Source of the DNA: an uncultured Planctomycetota bacterium
Lineage (GTDB): Bacteria; Planctomycetota; Planctomycetia; Isosphaerales; Isosphaeraceae
NCBI GenBank assembly: GCA_963737655.1
Contig: CAVTTN010000002.1
Coordinates: 4,128,001-4,192,000, forward strand
Length of the DNA stretch: 64,000 nt
Direction of reading: 5' to 3'
The first letter of the stretch is position 1. Each line of letters begins with the position of its first letter. Shown here one piece after another: positions 63,943-64,000 of this stretch. Both the position numbers and the translations under genes were made by a program. The notes beneath the pieces were generated by a model, which was given only the letters and a program-made list of their open reading frames with translations, did not search any database and had not been told where the DNA came from.

Positions 63943-64000
63943 CCCCGACCCGCCGCCGCACGCCCCCCCAAAGGGCATGCGACGCGCCGGGCCGATCCGG

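Overview
High-GC bacterial chromosome segment. The 16S rRNA and gene content point to Planctomycetota, probably Isosphaeraceae (inference). From left to right: (1) a minus-strand operon of a divergent RuBisCO-like protein, a Gfo/Idh/MocA oxidoreductase and a xylose-isomerase-like TIM barrel; (2) a ~39 kb plus-strand cluster of an exported pseudo-caspase/TPR protein, a giant LEPRxLL-type beta-helix surface protein (~9,900 aa once one frameshift is repaired), a membrane Ser/Thr kinase with an FGE/SUMF1-like domain, and an exported caspase-WD40-caspase protein; (3) a nested palindromic REP/MITE-like element; (4) a minus-strand ExbB-ExbD-ExbD-membrane protein-vWA operon followed by a K+-independent-type membrane pyrophosphatase; (5) a DUF433/PIN-like toxin-antitoxin pair, a double-length UvrA and a PPi-type phosphofructokinase; (6) a linked 16S-23S rRNA operon with no recognisable tRNA in the spacer. 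Three genes carry single-base frameshifts in short homopolymers, most likely sequencing or assembly errors. All calls come from reading motifs by eye; no database searches were run.
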